Shown here: in pieces, positions 55,475 through 64,000 of the stretch | Layout: every line of letters starts with the position of its first letter | How positions within the stretch are numbered: the stretch's first letter is position 1 | Source of the DNA: Bacteroidales bacterium | GTDB lineage: Bacteria; Bacteroidota; Bacteroidia; Bacteroidales; DTGW01 | Assembly: GCA_026416115.1 (NCBI GenBank) | Contig: JAOAFU010000058.1 | Location: forward strand, 18,850-82,849 | Length of the DNA stretch: 64,000 nucleotides | Reading direction: 5' to 3' | The notes under the pieces: generated by a model | Told to the model about the DNA's origin: nothing | The model's input: the letters and a program-made list of their open reading frames with translations, nothing else | Databases searched by the model: none | Made by a program: the position numbers and the translations under genes

Positions 55475-55817
55475 ATCGTTTCGTGTACGATAAATTTTTT
55501 TTATCTAAAAATTTTACGGGAAATTTTGAAATAAGTTCTAAAATATTCGTAAATATTGTAATCCTATAATTTAGTATATAAGAATTATACAAATTTTAAA
55601 TTTTACTAAAATTACTAAATTATTTATTACTAAAGCTCTAATAAAGAATCATTTATATTTGATGCAATTGAAATTTGATAAATCAAAATATCAAAAATCG
55701 GTTCGCTTAGCAATAAAAGCGCAACAATACTCGACCATCGAAAGGGATATACTAATACCGGGATGTAGTTCAATAAACCCTTCTCAAAATCGTCTAAGAA
55801 ATTCTAATTACAGTAAA

Positions 55818-55866
55818 ATTAAATTTGTTAAAATGTTTTGACTATAACGATTTTAACAAATTTAAT
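55818..55866. promoter_or_regulatory. Perfect 17-bp inverted repeat with a 15-nt spacer in a 575-bp AT-rich divergent intergenic region
   Basis: ATTAAATTTGTTAAAAT (55818-55834) and ATTTTAACAAATTTAAT (55850-55866) are exact reverse complements. Confidence 0.4.
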
Positions 55867-56049
55867 AGTAATTGCTTGCAATAATAATTGATGGCTAGTT
55901 AGAGACAAACAAAAAAAGATGTTGCATTAAAGTAAAAAGCCTGAAAAATTATACTTAAGAAGTAATCAGAAAAAATTTTGTTTTGCACTCTAATACTTTT
56001 GTTAAATTTTATAGTTAAATTTGAATAAAGCAGTTCTAATTTTTTCATT

Positions 56050-56292
56050 ATGAAAAAAATTTTAAAATCCTTATTTGGTTTATTCGTCCTAACGGCGATT
56101 ATCACACATATTTGGACTGTAATTATCGCTTTTAGCGAAGCGGGCTTCCTTGGGGGTGTAATTACCTTAATTCTCCCTTTTCTTGGAGAAATCTATTGGA
56201 TGATCAAAATGTTTGGCGAGAATGACACCTATGCTTATATAGCACTAATCCACTTAATATTAGCCATTCCTTTTTCTATGTTTAGACGTTAA
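56050..56292 (+). CDS. Small hypothetical membrane protein (about 3 TM)
   Basis: 80 aa, strongly hydrophobic (LFGLFVLTAIITHIWTVIIAF, GGVITLILPFLGEIYWMI, YIALIHLILAIPF). No family recognised. Confidence 0.45.
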   Translation: MKKILKSLFGLFVLTAIITHIWTVIIAFSEAGFLGGVITLILPFLGEIYWMIKMFGENDTYAYIALIHLILAIPFSMFRR

Positions 56293-56440
56293 GCTAGTTT
56301 GAGTATCACCACATAACGTACCTTTAACTATCCCTCAATGAGGGTCTACTAAATTAATCAAGTGCTTTGCTCCTCGCAAAAGAGAGTTACTTGACGTGGT
56401 ACATTGTCGTTATAAATTGCAAATTATTATCCTACATTTT

Positions 56441-57097
56441 ATGAAACTCCTGTATACAATAATGTTTTTGGCATACATAAATGTTTTGTTTGCTCAAAAG
56501 ATTGAAGTTTTCGGAGGTGCTTGTTATAATATTTTTCACGACTACAACAAAAACGAAGGTCACTATATGTCGTCCTACAAATCGGAATTTGGATATTCGT
56601 CAGGGTTTGGGATAGATAGTATAACGATTGATAAGATACCGTTTAGATTTACTTTACAACTCGACAAATATGGTGGCAAAATAGATGTAAGTGATGGTGG
56701 GTTAGGAGGAGGATATAAAACTGTTGCCACTGTAGATAAATTAATAATTTCGTTAGGTATTTTCCCTGTAAATTTGATGATTTTTAAAAAAATTGAAATT
56801 AACATAGGGTTAATAATTTCAAGATTAATCGATGAAACATTTATCGGCACATCAAGTGGCTGGATGTTAAATCAACCAAGTTGGAGCTATAATTTACATG
56901 ACATATATGATCGTTTCAGCTCATCAACTTACACTGGATTACAAGGACGGATAGCATGCGATTTCAAAGCATTTAAGTCGGTATGGATAACCCCCCAGTA
57001 TTTTTATTACTACGGTATATCGGACGAATTTACAAAACTAGATACCAAATCAAAGAGACATTATATTGGCATAGGAATTAAAAAAAGAATTAAATGA
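56441..57097 (+). CDS. Hypothetical secreted / outer-membrane beta-rich protein
   Basis: It has the signal peptide MKLLYTIMFLAYINVLFAQ and alternating Gly/aromatic beta-strand-like composition. I moved the start to ATG 56441. Confidence 0.4.
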   Translation: MKLLYTIMFLAYINVLFAQKIEVFGGACYNIFHDYNKNEGHYMSSYKSEFGYSSGFGIDSITIDKIPFRFTLQLDKYGGKIDVSDGGLGGGYKTVATVDKLIISLGIFPVNLMIFKKIEINIGLIISRLIDETFIGTSSGWMLNQPSWSYNLHDIYDRFSSSTYTGLQGRIACDFKAFKSVWITPQYFYYYGISDEFTKLDTKSKRHYIGIGIKKRIK

Positions 57098-57212
57098 AAT
57101 TTCGATAAAGTCTTACAACCTCTTACAAATTTTCTATTTAAACCAATAGGTTTCGACAAAAATAACGTTGATACAGAGTTTGCAAACATCTGTAATTAAG
57201 GTGGCCTAAAAA

Positions 57213-57533
57213 TTAACGAGGTGTCAATAGAATAATTAATGCTCCTATAATACAAATTATAGCTCCAATAATATCCCATTTATCGGCCGTAATGCCTTCG
57301 ACAAGGTAGAGCCATAGGAAGCTTGCTGCAATATAAATACCTCCGTAAACCGCATAGGCGCGTCCTGCAAACGATACATTTACTTTTGTTAATAAAAAAG
57401 CAAAAATAATTAACGAAACTACACCTGCCATTACCCACCAGAAGGACTTATGAAGTCGGAAGTAAAGCCAGAAAGCATAACAACCAAATATTTCGAAAAA
57501 GGCGGCAGAGATAAAAATCAAAACATCTCTCAC
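57213..57533 (-). CDS. ynfA: YnfA-family (UPF0060) small membrane protein
   Basis: 106 aa with 4 TM. AAFFEIFGCYAFWLY...GRAYAVYGGIYIAASFLWLYLVEG matches the YnfA pattern. Confidence 0.75.
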   Translation of the reverse strand: MRDVLIFISAAFFEIFGCYAFWLYFRLHKSFWWVMAGVVSLIIFAFLLTKVNVSFAGRAYAVYGGIYIAASFLWLYLVEGITADKWDIIGAIICIIGALIILLTPR

Positions 57534-57543
57534 AGTTCAAGAA

Positions 57544-58524
57544 TTAGATGTCTATCACCTTCAAATTCATTTTATCTGCATAAGGTTGCTTTACGCCAAG
57601 CAAATTAAGAAGCCGTATATCGTTATTTTCGGAAGGATTTGGAGCAGTAAGCAATTTATCGCCAACAAAAATAGCATTGGCCCCGGCCATAAAGCAAAGC
57701 GCCTGCGCCTCATCGTTGAGCTGAATACGCCCTGCAGCCAGTTCAATATGCGTAGTTGGCATAACCACTCTAACTGTTGCTATTACTCGCACCAATTCCC
57801 ATGTCGATACGGGTTTATTTTGTTCCAACGGAGTTCCCTCGATAGGCATTAAGGCATTAATGGGTATAGTAAAGGGATGTTTTGGCAGAGTGGCCAAAGT
57901 ATGTATCATGCTAATCCGATCCTTTTCGCTTTCGCCTAAACCAATTATACCCCCACAGCAATGGGGAATACCCGCTTCGATCAGCCGATAAATTGTCTCA
58001 AGTCGACTTTTAAAGGTACGTGTTGTAATAATTTTGGGATAGAAATTTTCGGAGGTATCGATATTATGATTGTAGGCCGTAATACCTACCTCAGCCAGTT
58101 GCTTTGCCTGATCGGCCGATATTTTACCCATGGTAAGGCATACCTTCATTCCCATATTTTTGATAATCCTTATTACCTCCAAAATTTCGTCGAATTTATT
58201 GGGTGGCAGCTGACGCCAAGCAGCACTCAGACAAACTCGAGGTATTCCTTTCGATTTAAGTTCTTTTGCTCGAGCAATTATCTCCTCTTTTGACATTTCC
58301 TGAGGTTCATCTACATGGGTTGCATATCGAGCCGATTGTGCACAATATGCACAATCTTCTGGACAACCTCCCGTTTTGATCGAAATCAATGTACTGAGCT
58401 CTATTTCTCTATAACTATGATAACGTCTATGGATATTAGCCGCATAAGCAATTAGCTCTAAAAGTGGTGTATGATATATAGTCCCAATTTCTTCTATTGT
58501 CCAATCATTTCTAATCATATCCAT
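57544..58524 (-). CDS. bioB: Biotin synthase (radical SAM)
   Basis: The radical-SAM motif is GGCPEDCAYCAQS, and the TIM-barrel length is typical. I shortened the start from 58554 to the internal ATG at 58524 (MDMIRNDW) to remove a 23-nt overlap with the upstream OMP gene. Confidence 0.9.
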   Translation of the reverse strand: MDMIRNDWTIEEIGTIYHTPLLELIAYAANIHRRYHSYREIELSTLISIKTGGCPEDCAYCAQSARYATHVDEPQEMSKEEIIARAKELKSKGIPRVCLSAAWRQLPPNKFDEILEVIRIIKNMGMKVCLTMGKISADQAKQLAEVGITAYNHNIDTSENFYPKIITTRTFKSRLETIYRLIEAGIPHCCGGIIGLGESEKDRISMIHTLATLPKHPFTIPINALMPIEGTPLEQNKPVSTWELVRVIATVRVVMPTTHIELAAGRIQLNDEAQALCFMAGANAIFVGDKLLTAPNPSENNDIRLLNLLGVKQPYADKMNLKVIDI

Positions 58525-58531
58525 CGGGGTT

Positions 58532-59137
58532 CTATTTAAATTTGTAATAAACACAAAGCGAAATCACATTGTTGTATTGTCCGTAGGTACTCCAAATTGT
58601 AAGATTTCCGGGTAGCTGACTCACCGGAAAAAGGGAATACGAAAAACGTAAATTGAGCTCAAAATTTTTGTTTAGCGGATATATAAGCCCCACCAGCGCA
58701 TTTGTTTCTATTTTATTCATGGGTTGAAGGGCATCGGTAACCCCATTACCAATGTTTACCGTAGCTCTTGCTAAGTATGCAATAGAAAAACCGGCTTCAG
58801 CCATTAGATTTTCGGATAAAGCATAACTTACAACTAAAGGTAATTCGACATAATAAAGGGTTTTACGGTAGTAAGGATAATTTTCGGTGGCTTTATTGCT
58901 TGCTGCCCCCTTCATGGTATATTTAAGCTCGGCACGGTAATTCCACTTTTGGCCAACATTGCGTCCTACCCAAACTCCAGCTGTCAACCCCAGCTTATTA
59001 TATCCTCCTAGCATATCCCCATCCATTTGCGAAGCAGTTAACCCCGCAAGAGGTCCGCCTTCGAAATTTTGAGCAGGTACTTTATTTGAAAAAAAATGAA
59101 AGATAAAGATGAGATATATCGCAAAAATCTTTCTCAT
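58532..59137 (-). CDS. Outer-membrane beta-barrel protein (OMP_b-brl_2 / porin-family-like)
   Basis: 201 aa with a signal peptide ending in AQ. It has alternating aromatic/Gly strands and the terminal ...LCVYYKFK. A 4-nt overlap joins it to the upstream Sir2 gene. Confidence 0.65.
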   Translation of the reverse strand: MRKIFAIYLIFIFHFFSNKVPAQNFEGGPLAGLTASQMDGDMLGGYNKLGLTAGVWVGRNVGQKWNYRAELKYTMKGAASNKATENYPYYRKTLYYVELPLVVSYALSENLMAEAGFSIAYLARATVNIGNGVTDALQPMNKIETNALVGLIYPLNKNFELNLRFSYSLFPVSQLPGNLTIWSTYGQYNNVISLCVYYKFK

Positions 59138-59838
59138 TCGATGGATAATTGATAGCGCTCCATAAGCTTAGTTTTGAGTATCTCCATACCCTTACTAGCT
59201 ACATCTTGAATAAAAACAATGTTTTTGGAATTTCTAATGGGAAGAGGTTTGGGATCGATGACATAAATAGCAGCATCATCACGGACATAATCGATAAGTC
59301 CTGCCGCAGGGTAAACTACCAAAGAAGTACCTATCACGACAAATATATCGGCCGAACTGGCAATAGCAACCGCTTCGGTAAATGCAGGAACCGATTCGCC
59401 GAACCATACAATATTGGGGCGCAGCTGACCTCCTTTTGGACACAAATCTCCCAGTTTTATATCTTTATAACCGATGTCTATAACATAATTTGGATCTTTA
59501 GTACTTCGGGCTTTTGTTAGTTCGCCATGCAGGTGCAAAATATGCTTGCTACCCGCCTTCTCATGTAGATCGTCGACATTTTGAGTGATAATACTTACCT
59601 TAAAATATTTCTCTAGTTCGACCAATCCCAAATGCGCCGCATTGGGTTTTGCTTCGCGCAGCTGCCGGCGTCGCTGATTGTAAAACTCGAGAACTAATTG
59701 CTTATTTTTTAACCATCCCTCATAGCTTGCTACCTCCATGACATTATAGTTCTCCCACATGCCGTCGTTGTCCCGAAAAGTTTTTAACCCGCTTTCTGCA
59801 CTTATCCCAGCTCCCGTCAGTGCTACCAGATGTTTCAT
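59134..59838 (-). CDS. cobB: NAD-dependent protein deacylase, Sir2 family
   Basis: 234 aa. Motifs seen are GAGISAESGLKTFRD, QNVDDLHEKAG and HLHGEL. Confidence 0.85.
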   Translation of the reverse strand: MKHLVALTGAGISAESGLKTFRDNDGMWENYNVMEVASYEGWLKNKQLVLEFYNQRRRQLREAKPNAAHLGLVELEKYFKVSIITQNVDDLHEKAGSKHILHLHGELTKARSTKDPNYVIDIGYKDIKLGDLCPKGGQLRPNIVWFGESVPAFTEAVAIASSADIFVVIGTSLVVYPAAGLIDYVRDDAAIYVIDPKPLPIRNSKNIVFIQDVASKGMEILKTKLMERYQLSIE

Positions 59839-60247
59839 AAATTTCTATTGCTCCTGTGTTTATAATTTTTGATCTCGTAAAAAAGTAATTGGTTCAATAT
59901 CCCTTTGCTTTGCTGTAAAATTATTTCAGGTATCATTCTATCAAAAATATTATATTATTTAAATTTTAATGCAATTTCGACATAAAAAATAACCTAAATT
60001 TTTAGTAAATAAAAATTGAAGCGTCCCTAAACAAAATACAATCGTTCTAAAAATTAATTCTTTGAAAAAAATAATGTTGCCTTTAAACCAACAAGCAATA
60101 ATTAGCTAAACCCATACTGACTTCTAAAAAACTTTGTCCTGAATTAAAGGAATAATCATTATTTTTGAAATGTCTATATAACTTAAGTAGCTCCAATTTA
60201 AAAGTGATATGAAACAATATTGTAGATTTTTTATTCTAATTTAAAAA

Positions 60248-60634
60248 ATGGAACCTATTCTTATGATTAACCTTAAACAACTAATTCTTTTGATTGTTAC
60301 AGGATTAGTGGCAGGTTTTGTGTCGGGTACATTGGGTGTAGGCGGTGCTATTATTATTGTGCCATTTTTAGTTTATCTGCTTGGCATGCATCAACACGAA
60401 GCTCAAGGGACAAGCTTACTTGTATTAGTTTTACCCGTTGGTATTTTCGCTTTGCTAAATTATGCTAAAAGTGGATATGTCAACTATAAATTTGCCTTTG
60501 TTCTTGTTATAATGTTTGTCATTGGCAGCTATTTTGGCTCAAAGTTTGCTATTTCTTTGCCCGAAAAAACTTTGCAAAAAATTTTTGCATTGTTACTTTT
60601 GGCTGTAGCTATCAAAATATTAACCGGAAAATAA
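60248..60634 (+). CDS. Half-size TauE/SafE (TSUP) family membrane protein (4 TM)
   Basis: 128 aa. GLVAGFVSGTLGVGGAIIIVPFLVYLLG and AQGTSL are TSUP signatures. Typical family members are about twice as long. Confidence 0.6.
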   Translation: MEPILMINLKQLILLIVTGLVAGFVSGTLGVGGAIIIVPFLVYLLGMHQHEAQGTSLLVLVLPVGIFALLNYAKSGYVNYKFAFVLVIMFVIGSYFGSKFAISLPEKTLQKIFALLLLAVAIKILTGK

Positions 60635-60641
60635 ATTTTTT

Positions 60642-60947
60642 ATGGTCAAACACATTGTATCCTGGCAGCTGAAATCTACATTCTCAGAAAGCGAGAAACA
60701 GGAAAAACTTTTGCTCATGAAAAATTCGCTGGAAGAATTACCTAAAAAAATTTCCTTTATTCGCACCCTCGAAGTCGGAATTAACGATCCTCAGATCGAT
60801 CCAAATAATCACGATATCTGTCTGATAGTAACTTTTGAGTCAGCTCACGACCTAGAGAAGTATCAAAATCACCCGGAACATTTGAAAGTTAAAGAATTAG
60901 TGAAATCGTTAGCTCAATCTCGAGCCTGCGTGGATTACAATTTTTAA
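60642..60947 (+). CDS. Dabb (stress-responsive A/B barrel) domain protein
   Basis: 101 aa. It begins MVKHIVSW and contains FESAHDLEKYQNHPEHLKV. Confidence 0.75.
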   Translation: MVKHIVSWQLKSTFSESEKQEKLLLMKNSLEELPKKISFIRTLEVGINDPQIDPNNHDICLIVTFESAHDLEKYQNHPEHLKVKELVKSLAQSRACVDYNF

Positions 60948-61009
60948 TAAATTTTTATACGAATATGGGTAACCTTTTTTTGATAAAGTATATTCGCTAA
61001 ATATTTGTT

Positions 61010-61675
61010 ATGCATCCACTTATAGTTTCCATTCTAGTTGCTACCTTATGTTTTTCAATCTATTTTTTTCTTTTTTATGAAAACCACATATGGGGCCGTT
61101 GGTTAGGAGCCGATTCTTCGGGTTACGGACGAATTATACTCATGCGTTTGGCTGGTTTTTTTATTTTTTTAATTCCCTACCTCTTCTCAACCGATTACTT
61201 GCATAAACCTCTACAGCAAATTAATTTTTCCACCCTATTTATTTTATGCTTTATTTGCGCTATTTTACTGATAGTCATTAATTATTTTGCAGCTCGTACC
61301 CCCTCAAATCTTGCTCATTATCCTCAAATACGCAAAACAAAATGGAATTTCACAGATATTATCATTAGTTCAACTACATGGATACTCTATCTAATAGGAT
61401 ACGAATTTTTGTTCAGAGGGTACTTGTTTTTCAGTACGCTCCAGCATTTCGATTTAGTTTCGTCGGTAGGTTTAAACGTTGCCATCTATATGTTAGTACA
61501 TATTCCAAAAGGGTACAAAGAAACATTTGGTTCAATTCCTATGGGAATTGTTTTATGCTACATTACATACTACAGCGGTAGTGTCTGGCCTGCAGTAATA
61601 ATCCATAGCATGTTGGCTCTTTCAAACGAATGGTTTTCTATCTACTATTTAACTCGACAATCAAAAAAAGTATGA
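61010..61675 (+). CDS. CPBP-family intramembrane glutamic endopeptidase (CAAX protease-like)
   Basis: 221 aa and polytopic. Motif 1 is GYEFLFRGYLF, and His motifs occur in LVHIPKG and IIHSMLALSNE. Confidence 0.7.
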   Translation: MHPLIVSILVATLCFSIYFFLFYENHIWGRWLGADSSGYGRIILMRLAGFFIFLIPYLFSTDYLHKPLQQINFSTLFILCFICAILLIVINYFAARTPSNLAHYPQIRKTKWNFTDIIISSTTWILYLIGYEFLFRGYLFFSTLQHFDLVSSVGLNVAIYMLVHIPKGYKETFGSIPMGIVLCYITYYSGSVWPAVIIHSMLALSNEWFSIYYLTRQSKKV

Positions 61676-62661
61676 AGGTATTTGTAACCGGAGGTACAGG
61701 CTTTATCGGTGAAAAATTAATCCGACATTTATTGAATAAAGGTTTTGAAGTTAATGCGCTTTATCGTTCAGAAAAAAAGAAAAATCAACTCGGACTGGTA
61801 CAAGTAAACTGGATTCAAGGCGATATTACCGACGAATCGTGCTTAAATAGAGGTATGGAGGGTTGTGATGCTGTTTTTCATGTTGCAGCTTATGCTGTTG
61901 CATGGGAAGAGCACCCAGGAGATTTCAGAAAATATAATGTCCAGGGTACGGTAAACGTAATGAATGCTGCTCTCAATAATAAAATAAAAAAAGTTGTTTT
62001 CACCTCAACCGCCGGAATTTTTGGACCCTCTTTTCATGGAACAATAAACGAAAAAAGCGTTTCCCCTATCCCCCATTTCACAGGTTACGAACGTTCTAAA
62101 GCCGAAGCTGAATATGTAATTATTAACGAATACATTAAAAAAAAGGGGTTAAACGTGGTAATTGTTAACCCTACCCGAGTTTTTGGACCTGGCGCTTTAA
62201 ATCAAAGCAATTCAACAACCTTGATGATTAAAAAATATATCGAAGGTAAATGGCATTTTTTGCCTGGTGATGGTCGGGCTATTGGCAATTACGCTTTTAT
62301 CGACGATGTAGTGGAAGGTCATTTACAAGCTTTGGAAAAAGGCAGAACTGGCGAAAACTATATCCTGGGGGGCGAAAACATTTCTTATCAAAAGTTTTTT
62401 GATATTGTTAGTCAAGTATCGAACAAGAAATACAGGTTAATACCTATACCTGTCACTTTAATGCTTGGAGTAGCCTATTGTTTTGTTGGGCTAAATAAAA
62501 TATATTCTCGTTTTCTTCCCCCGATTACCCCGGCTCACGTGAGTAAATTTAGCTATAACTGGGAAACATCCTGTAATAAGGCCATTAACGAGCTTGGATA
62601 TAAAATCACCCCTTTTGAACAAGCCGTGAAGAAAACTGTTTTATATTTTAAACAAATTTAA
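61672..62661 (+). CDS. NAD-dependent epimerase/dehydratase-family (extended SDR) protein
   Basis: MKVFVTGGTGFIGEKLIRHLL is a Rossmann fold and YERSKAEAE is the YxxxK motif. I placed the start at ATG 61672, which overlaps the CPBP stop (ATGA). Confidence 0.8.
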   Translation: MKVFVTGGTGFIGEKLIRHLLNKGFEVNALYRSEKKKNQLGLVQVNWIQGDITDESCLNRGMEGCDAVFHVAAYAVAWEEHPGDFRKYNVQGTVNVMNAALNNKIKKVVFTSTAGIFGPSFHGTINEKSVSPIPHFTGYERSKAEAEYVIINEYIKKKGLNVVIVNPTRVFGPGALNQSNSTTLMIKKYIEGKWHFLPGDGRAIGNYAFIDDVVEGHLQALEKGRTGENYILGGENISYQKFFDIVSQVSNKKYRLIPIPVTLMLGVAYCFVGLNKIYSRFLPPITPAHVSKFSYNWETSCNKAINELGYKITPFEQAVKKTVLYFKQI

Positions 62662-62828
62662 TGACCCATTTAATTGATTTCTTATTTCAAATTAGCTGGT
62701 TACCTGTTGTAATTATAACCATCTTCTCACTTGTATTAGATGCTCTTTGGCATTCTTCTATTTTCTTTGGTAAAATAGGGTTAAATGAAATTGATTGTTC
62801 ATCGAATAGGCAACCCCAAAATTTATAG
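62661..62828 (+). CDS. Possible 55-aa ORF resembling the N-terminus of DUF1761 membrane proteins (may be truncated)
   Basis: Below the ORF-track cutoff. My translation is MTHLIDFLFQISWLPVVIITIFSLVLDALWHSSIFFGKIGLNEIDCSSNRQPQNL. The ATG overlaps the epimerase stop (TAATG), and the ORF ends 2 nt before the DoxX ATG. Confidence 0.35.
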   Translation: MTHLIDFLFQISWLPVVIITIFSLVLDALWHSSIFFGKIGLNEIDCSSNRQPQNL

Positions 62829-62830
62829 TT

Positions 62831-63208
62831 ATGAAACAAAAAATTCTTTTCGTTATTAGCTTGCTCGTAGGTTTACTTTTTATTAATGCAGGTTTGAACA
62901 AAATTTTTAATTATATACCTCCTCCATCAAACCTTCCCGAAAAACTTCAAAATCTTAACAACGCCATGGAACAAATAGGATGGCTTATCCCCATGGTGGC
63001 ATCGGCCGAAATTGTAGGTGGTTTACTTTTTATTTTCAAACGTTCGCGAGCAATAGGGGCTATTGTCCTATTTCCGGTTATTATCGGTATTTTGCTTACT
63101 CATTTAACGGCCGAACCTTCGGGATTACCTCTTGCATTATTTCTCTTAGCCATTAATTCATGGGTAATTATTGAAAACAGAAAAAAATTTTTAAATCTTC
63201 TACAGTAA
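62831..63208 (+). CDS. DoxX-family membrane protein
   Basis: 125 aa with 4 TM. FINAGLNKIF and AEIVGGLLFIF are typical of DoxX. Confidence 0.7.
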   Translation: MKQKILFVISLLVGLLFINAGLNKIFNYIPPPSNLPEKLQNLNNAMEQIGWLIPMVASAEIVGGLLFIFKRSRAIGAIVLFPVIIGILLTHLTAEPSGLPLALFLLAINSWVIIENRKKFLNLLQ

Positions 63209-63356
63209 AATTGCACTATTTGATCTTTTTACATCTACATTGAAAGTTTAGCTAATTATTTTATAATTTTTGTTGGAAATAAAAAATATTCTAACTATTT
63301 CTTACTTTTTTCATTAATTAAATAACGTCGAGTTTACGATTTAACTAATTACCTTT

Positions 63357-63917
63357 ATGAAAAAAACCATCATTGCTTTAGCGCTATTAATACTAACTTT
63401 CTCCATTTTCAATTTTTACGAGAAAAATTCTTTTAACATTTACATTAAAAAAACTAATAAAGAGAAAATTATGAATATTCCAATCAACAAAGATGCTCCT
63501 GTAAAATCCAAGAATCAAATTGAAATAAAAGCACCAATTAAAACTGTTTGGAAAGTGCTAACTGACATTAAGAGATGGCCTAAATGGCAAAAAGCTGTTA
63601 CTAAAACTGAAATTATTGGTAATATTGAAGAAGGTAAAGCTTTCTATTGGAAGGCTGACGGCTTATCTTTTAGATCAAAAATTCATACAATAAAACCTTA
63701 TTTAGCGTTTGGTTGGACTGGTACGACTATCGGTGCAAGTGCTATACACAATTGGACTTTTATTGAAAAAGACAATCAAACAATTGTGGTTGTCGAAGAA
63801 AGTCTTCAGGGAATTTTCCCCCAATTATTTAAAAAATATTTTCAGAAAAACCTAGATAATGGTGTTTTGAAAAATTTACAGGAACTTAAAGAATATTGCG
63901 AATCAAATATGAATTAA
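63357..63917 (+). CDS. SRPBCC-superfamily (polyketide cyclase/START-like) protein with a signal/anchor
   Basis: 186 aa. The pattern I.AP...VW.VLTDIKRWPKWQKAV fits the SRPBCC N-terminal strand-helix signature. Confidence 0.6.
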   Translation: MKKTIIALALLILTFSIFNFYEKNSFNIYIKKTNKEKIMNIPINKDAPVKSKNQIEIKAPIKTVWKVLTDIKRWPKWQKAVTKTEIIGNIEEGKAFYWKADGLSFRSKIHTIKPYLAFGWTGTTIGASAIHNWTFIEKDNQTIVVVEESLQGIFPQLFKKYFQKNLDNGVLKNLQELKEYCESNMN

Positions 63918-64000
63918 CATCTTTAAATTTGAAACATCTGTTGCATGAAATCCGGTGATTTGGGTTTATTTTCAAAGTCATATATAATTAATAATTTATT

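Noticed and set aside
55659-56105. ORFs 55659-55841 (+) and 55899-56105 (-) in the AT-rich spacer
   Set aside because: Their composition is dominated by Lys/Asn/Ile/Phe, as expected from translating AT-rich non-coding DNA. One overlaps the start of the plausible 56050-56292 gene, and neither has recognisable motifs.
57111-57128. Tandem TCTTACAA-cc-TCTTACAA, which shares the TCTTAC core with the susC upstream repeats
   Set aside because: It lies between convergent gene ends (56441-57097 + and 57213-57533 -), so it is not in a promoter position. There are only two copies at 10-bp spacing, and a 6-8-bp AT-rich word can recur by chance.
1-64000. Search for CRISPR arrays, tRNA/rRNA genes, transposases, integrases and phage genes
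   Set aside because: I saw no regularly spaced 24-40-bp identical repeats. None of the longer intergenic spacers contains a T-loop-like GGTTCGAATCC word. No ORF has a DDE, tyrosine-recombinase or serine-recombinase pattern. This was by eye only, so tRNAscan or Infernal would be decisive.
1-64000. Apparent over-representation of TCGA/TCGAT/TCGAA words throughout coding regions
   Set aside because: It looks like a genome-wide codon and dinucleotide preference (Ser TCG, Arg CGA, Ile-Asp ATC-GAT) rather than a localised signal. I cannot count occurrences reliably by eye, so I make no claim.

Overview
This is a chromosomal window from a low-GC Bacteroidota genome. Supporting signs are a SusC/SusD pair, at least four proteins ending in T9SS Por_Secre_tail-type C-terminal domains, TAnnTTTG-type -7 promoter boxes, and almost no Shine-Dalgarno sites. 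The organism is probably an anaerobic polysaccharide degrader, given a flavodiiron protein and an Hdr-like Fe-S cluster.

Gene content in order:
- 1-10.8 kb, minus strand: a beta-galactan utilisation locus with SusC, SusD, a CBM-like secreted protein, GH53, GH35, an orphan AraC HTH ORF, and a second GH53 cut by the window edge.
- 11-18 kb: a GT4 glycosyltransferase, a HAMP-GAF membrane sensor with no enzymatic output, an MFS sugar transporter, a PolB-type exonuclease-like protein, and a PlsC-like acyltransferase.
- 18-23 kb: a lipoprotein, then an ECF sigma / FecR anti-sigma / STN-domain TonB-dependent transducer set.
- 23.3-28.2 kb: a tightly packed five-gene Hdr-like cluster (HdrC-, HdrB- and HdrA-like proteins, a ferredoxin, and a membrane NarI/HdrE-like + HdrD/DsrK-like fusion). 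Its substrate is unknown, and it is my top candidate for an undescribed system.
- 28.3-32.1 kb: truA, a TPR protein, a phosphosulfolactate synthase (ComA-like) and aroE.
- 32.2-34.5 kb: a visibly AT-rich type II restriction-modification pair.
- 34.7-42.5 kb: a secreted protein made of two copies of an unassigned ~205-aa module, next to a 2038-aa GH81-like multidomain enzyme.
- 42.8-51.1 kb: hsp20 (with a rare canonical SD), a DUF218 protein, carB preceded by a terminator-like leader hairpin, a flavodiiron protein and a GH10 enzyme.
- 51.4-55.5 kb: a DUF2807 protein, then ispD immediately downstream of a SiaA/SiaB/SiaC-like partner-switching module with no diguanylate cyclase.
- 56-64 kb: a cobB-omp-bioB-ynfA operon and small membrane/stress genes.

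I recognised no rRNA, tRNA, CRISPR array, transposase or integrase. All calls rest on reading the ORF translations and the DNA by eye; no searches or computations were run.
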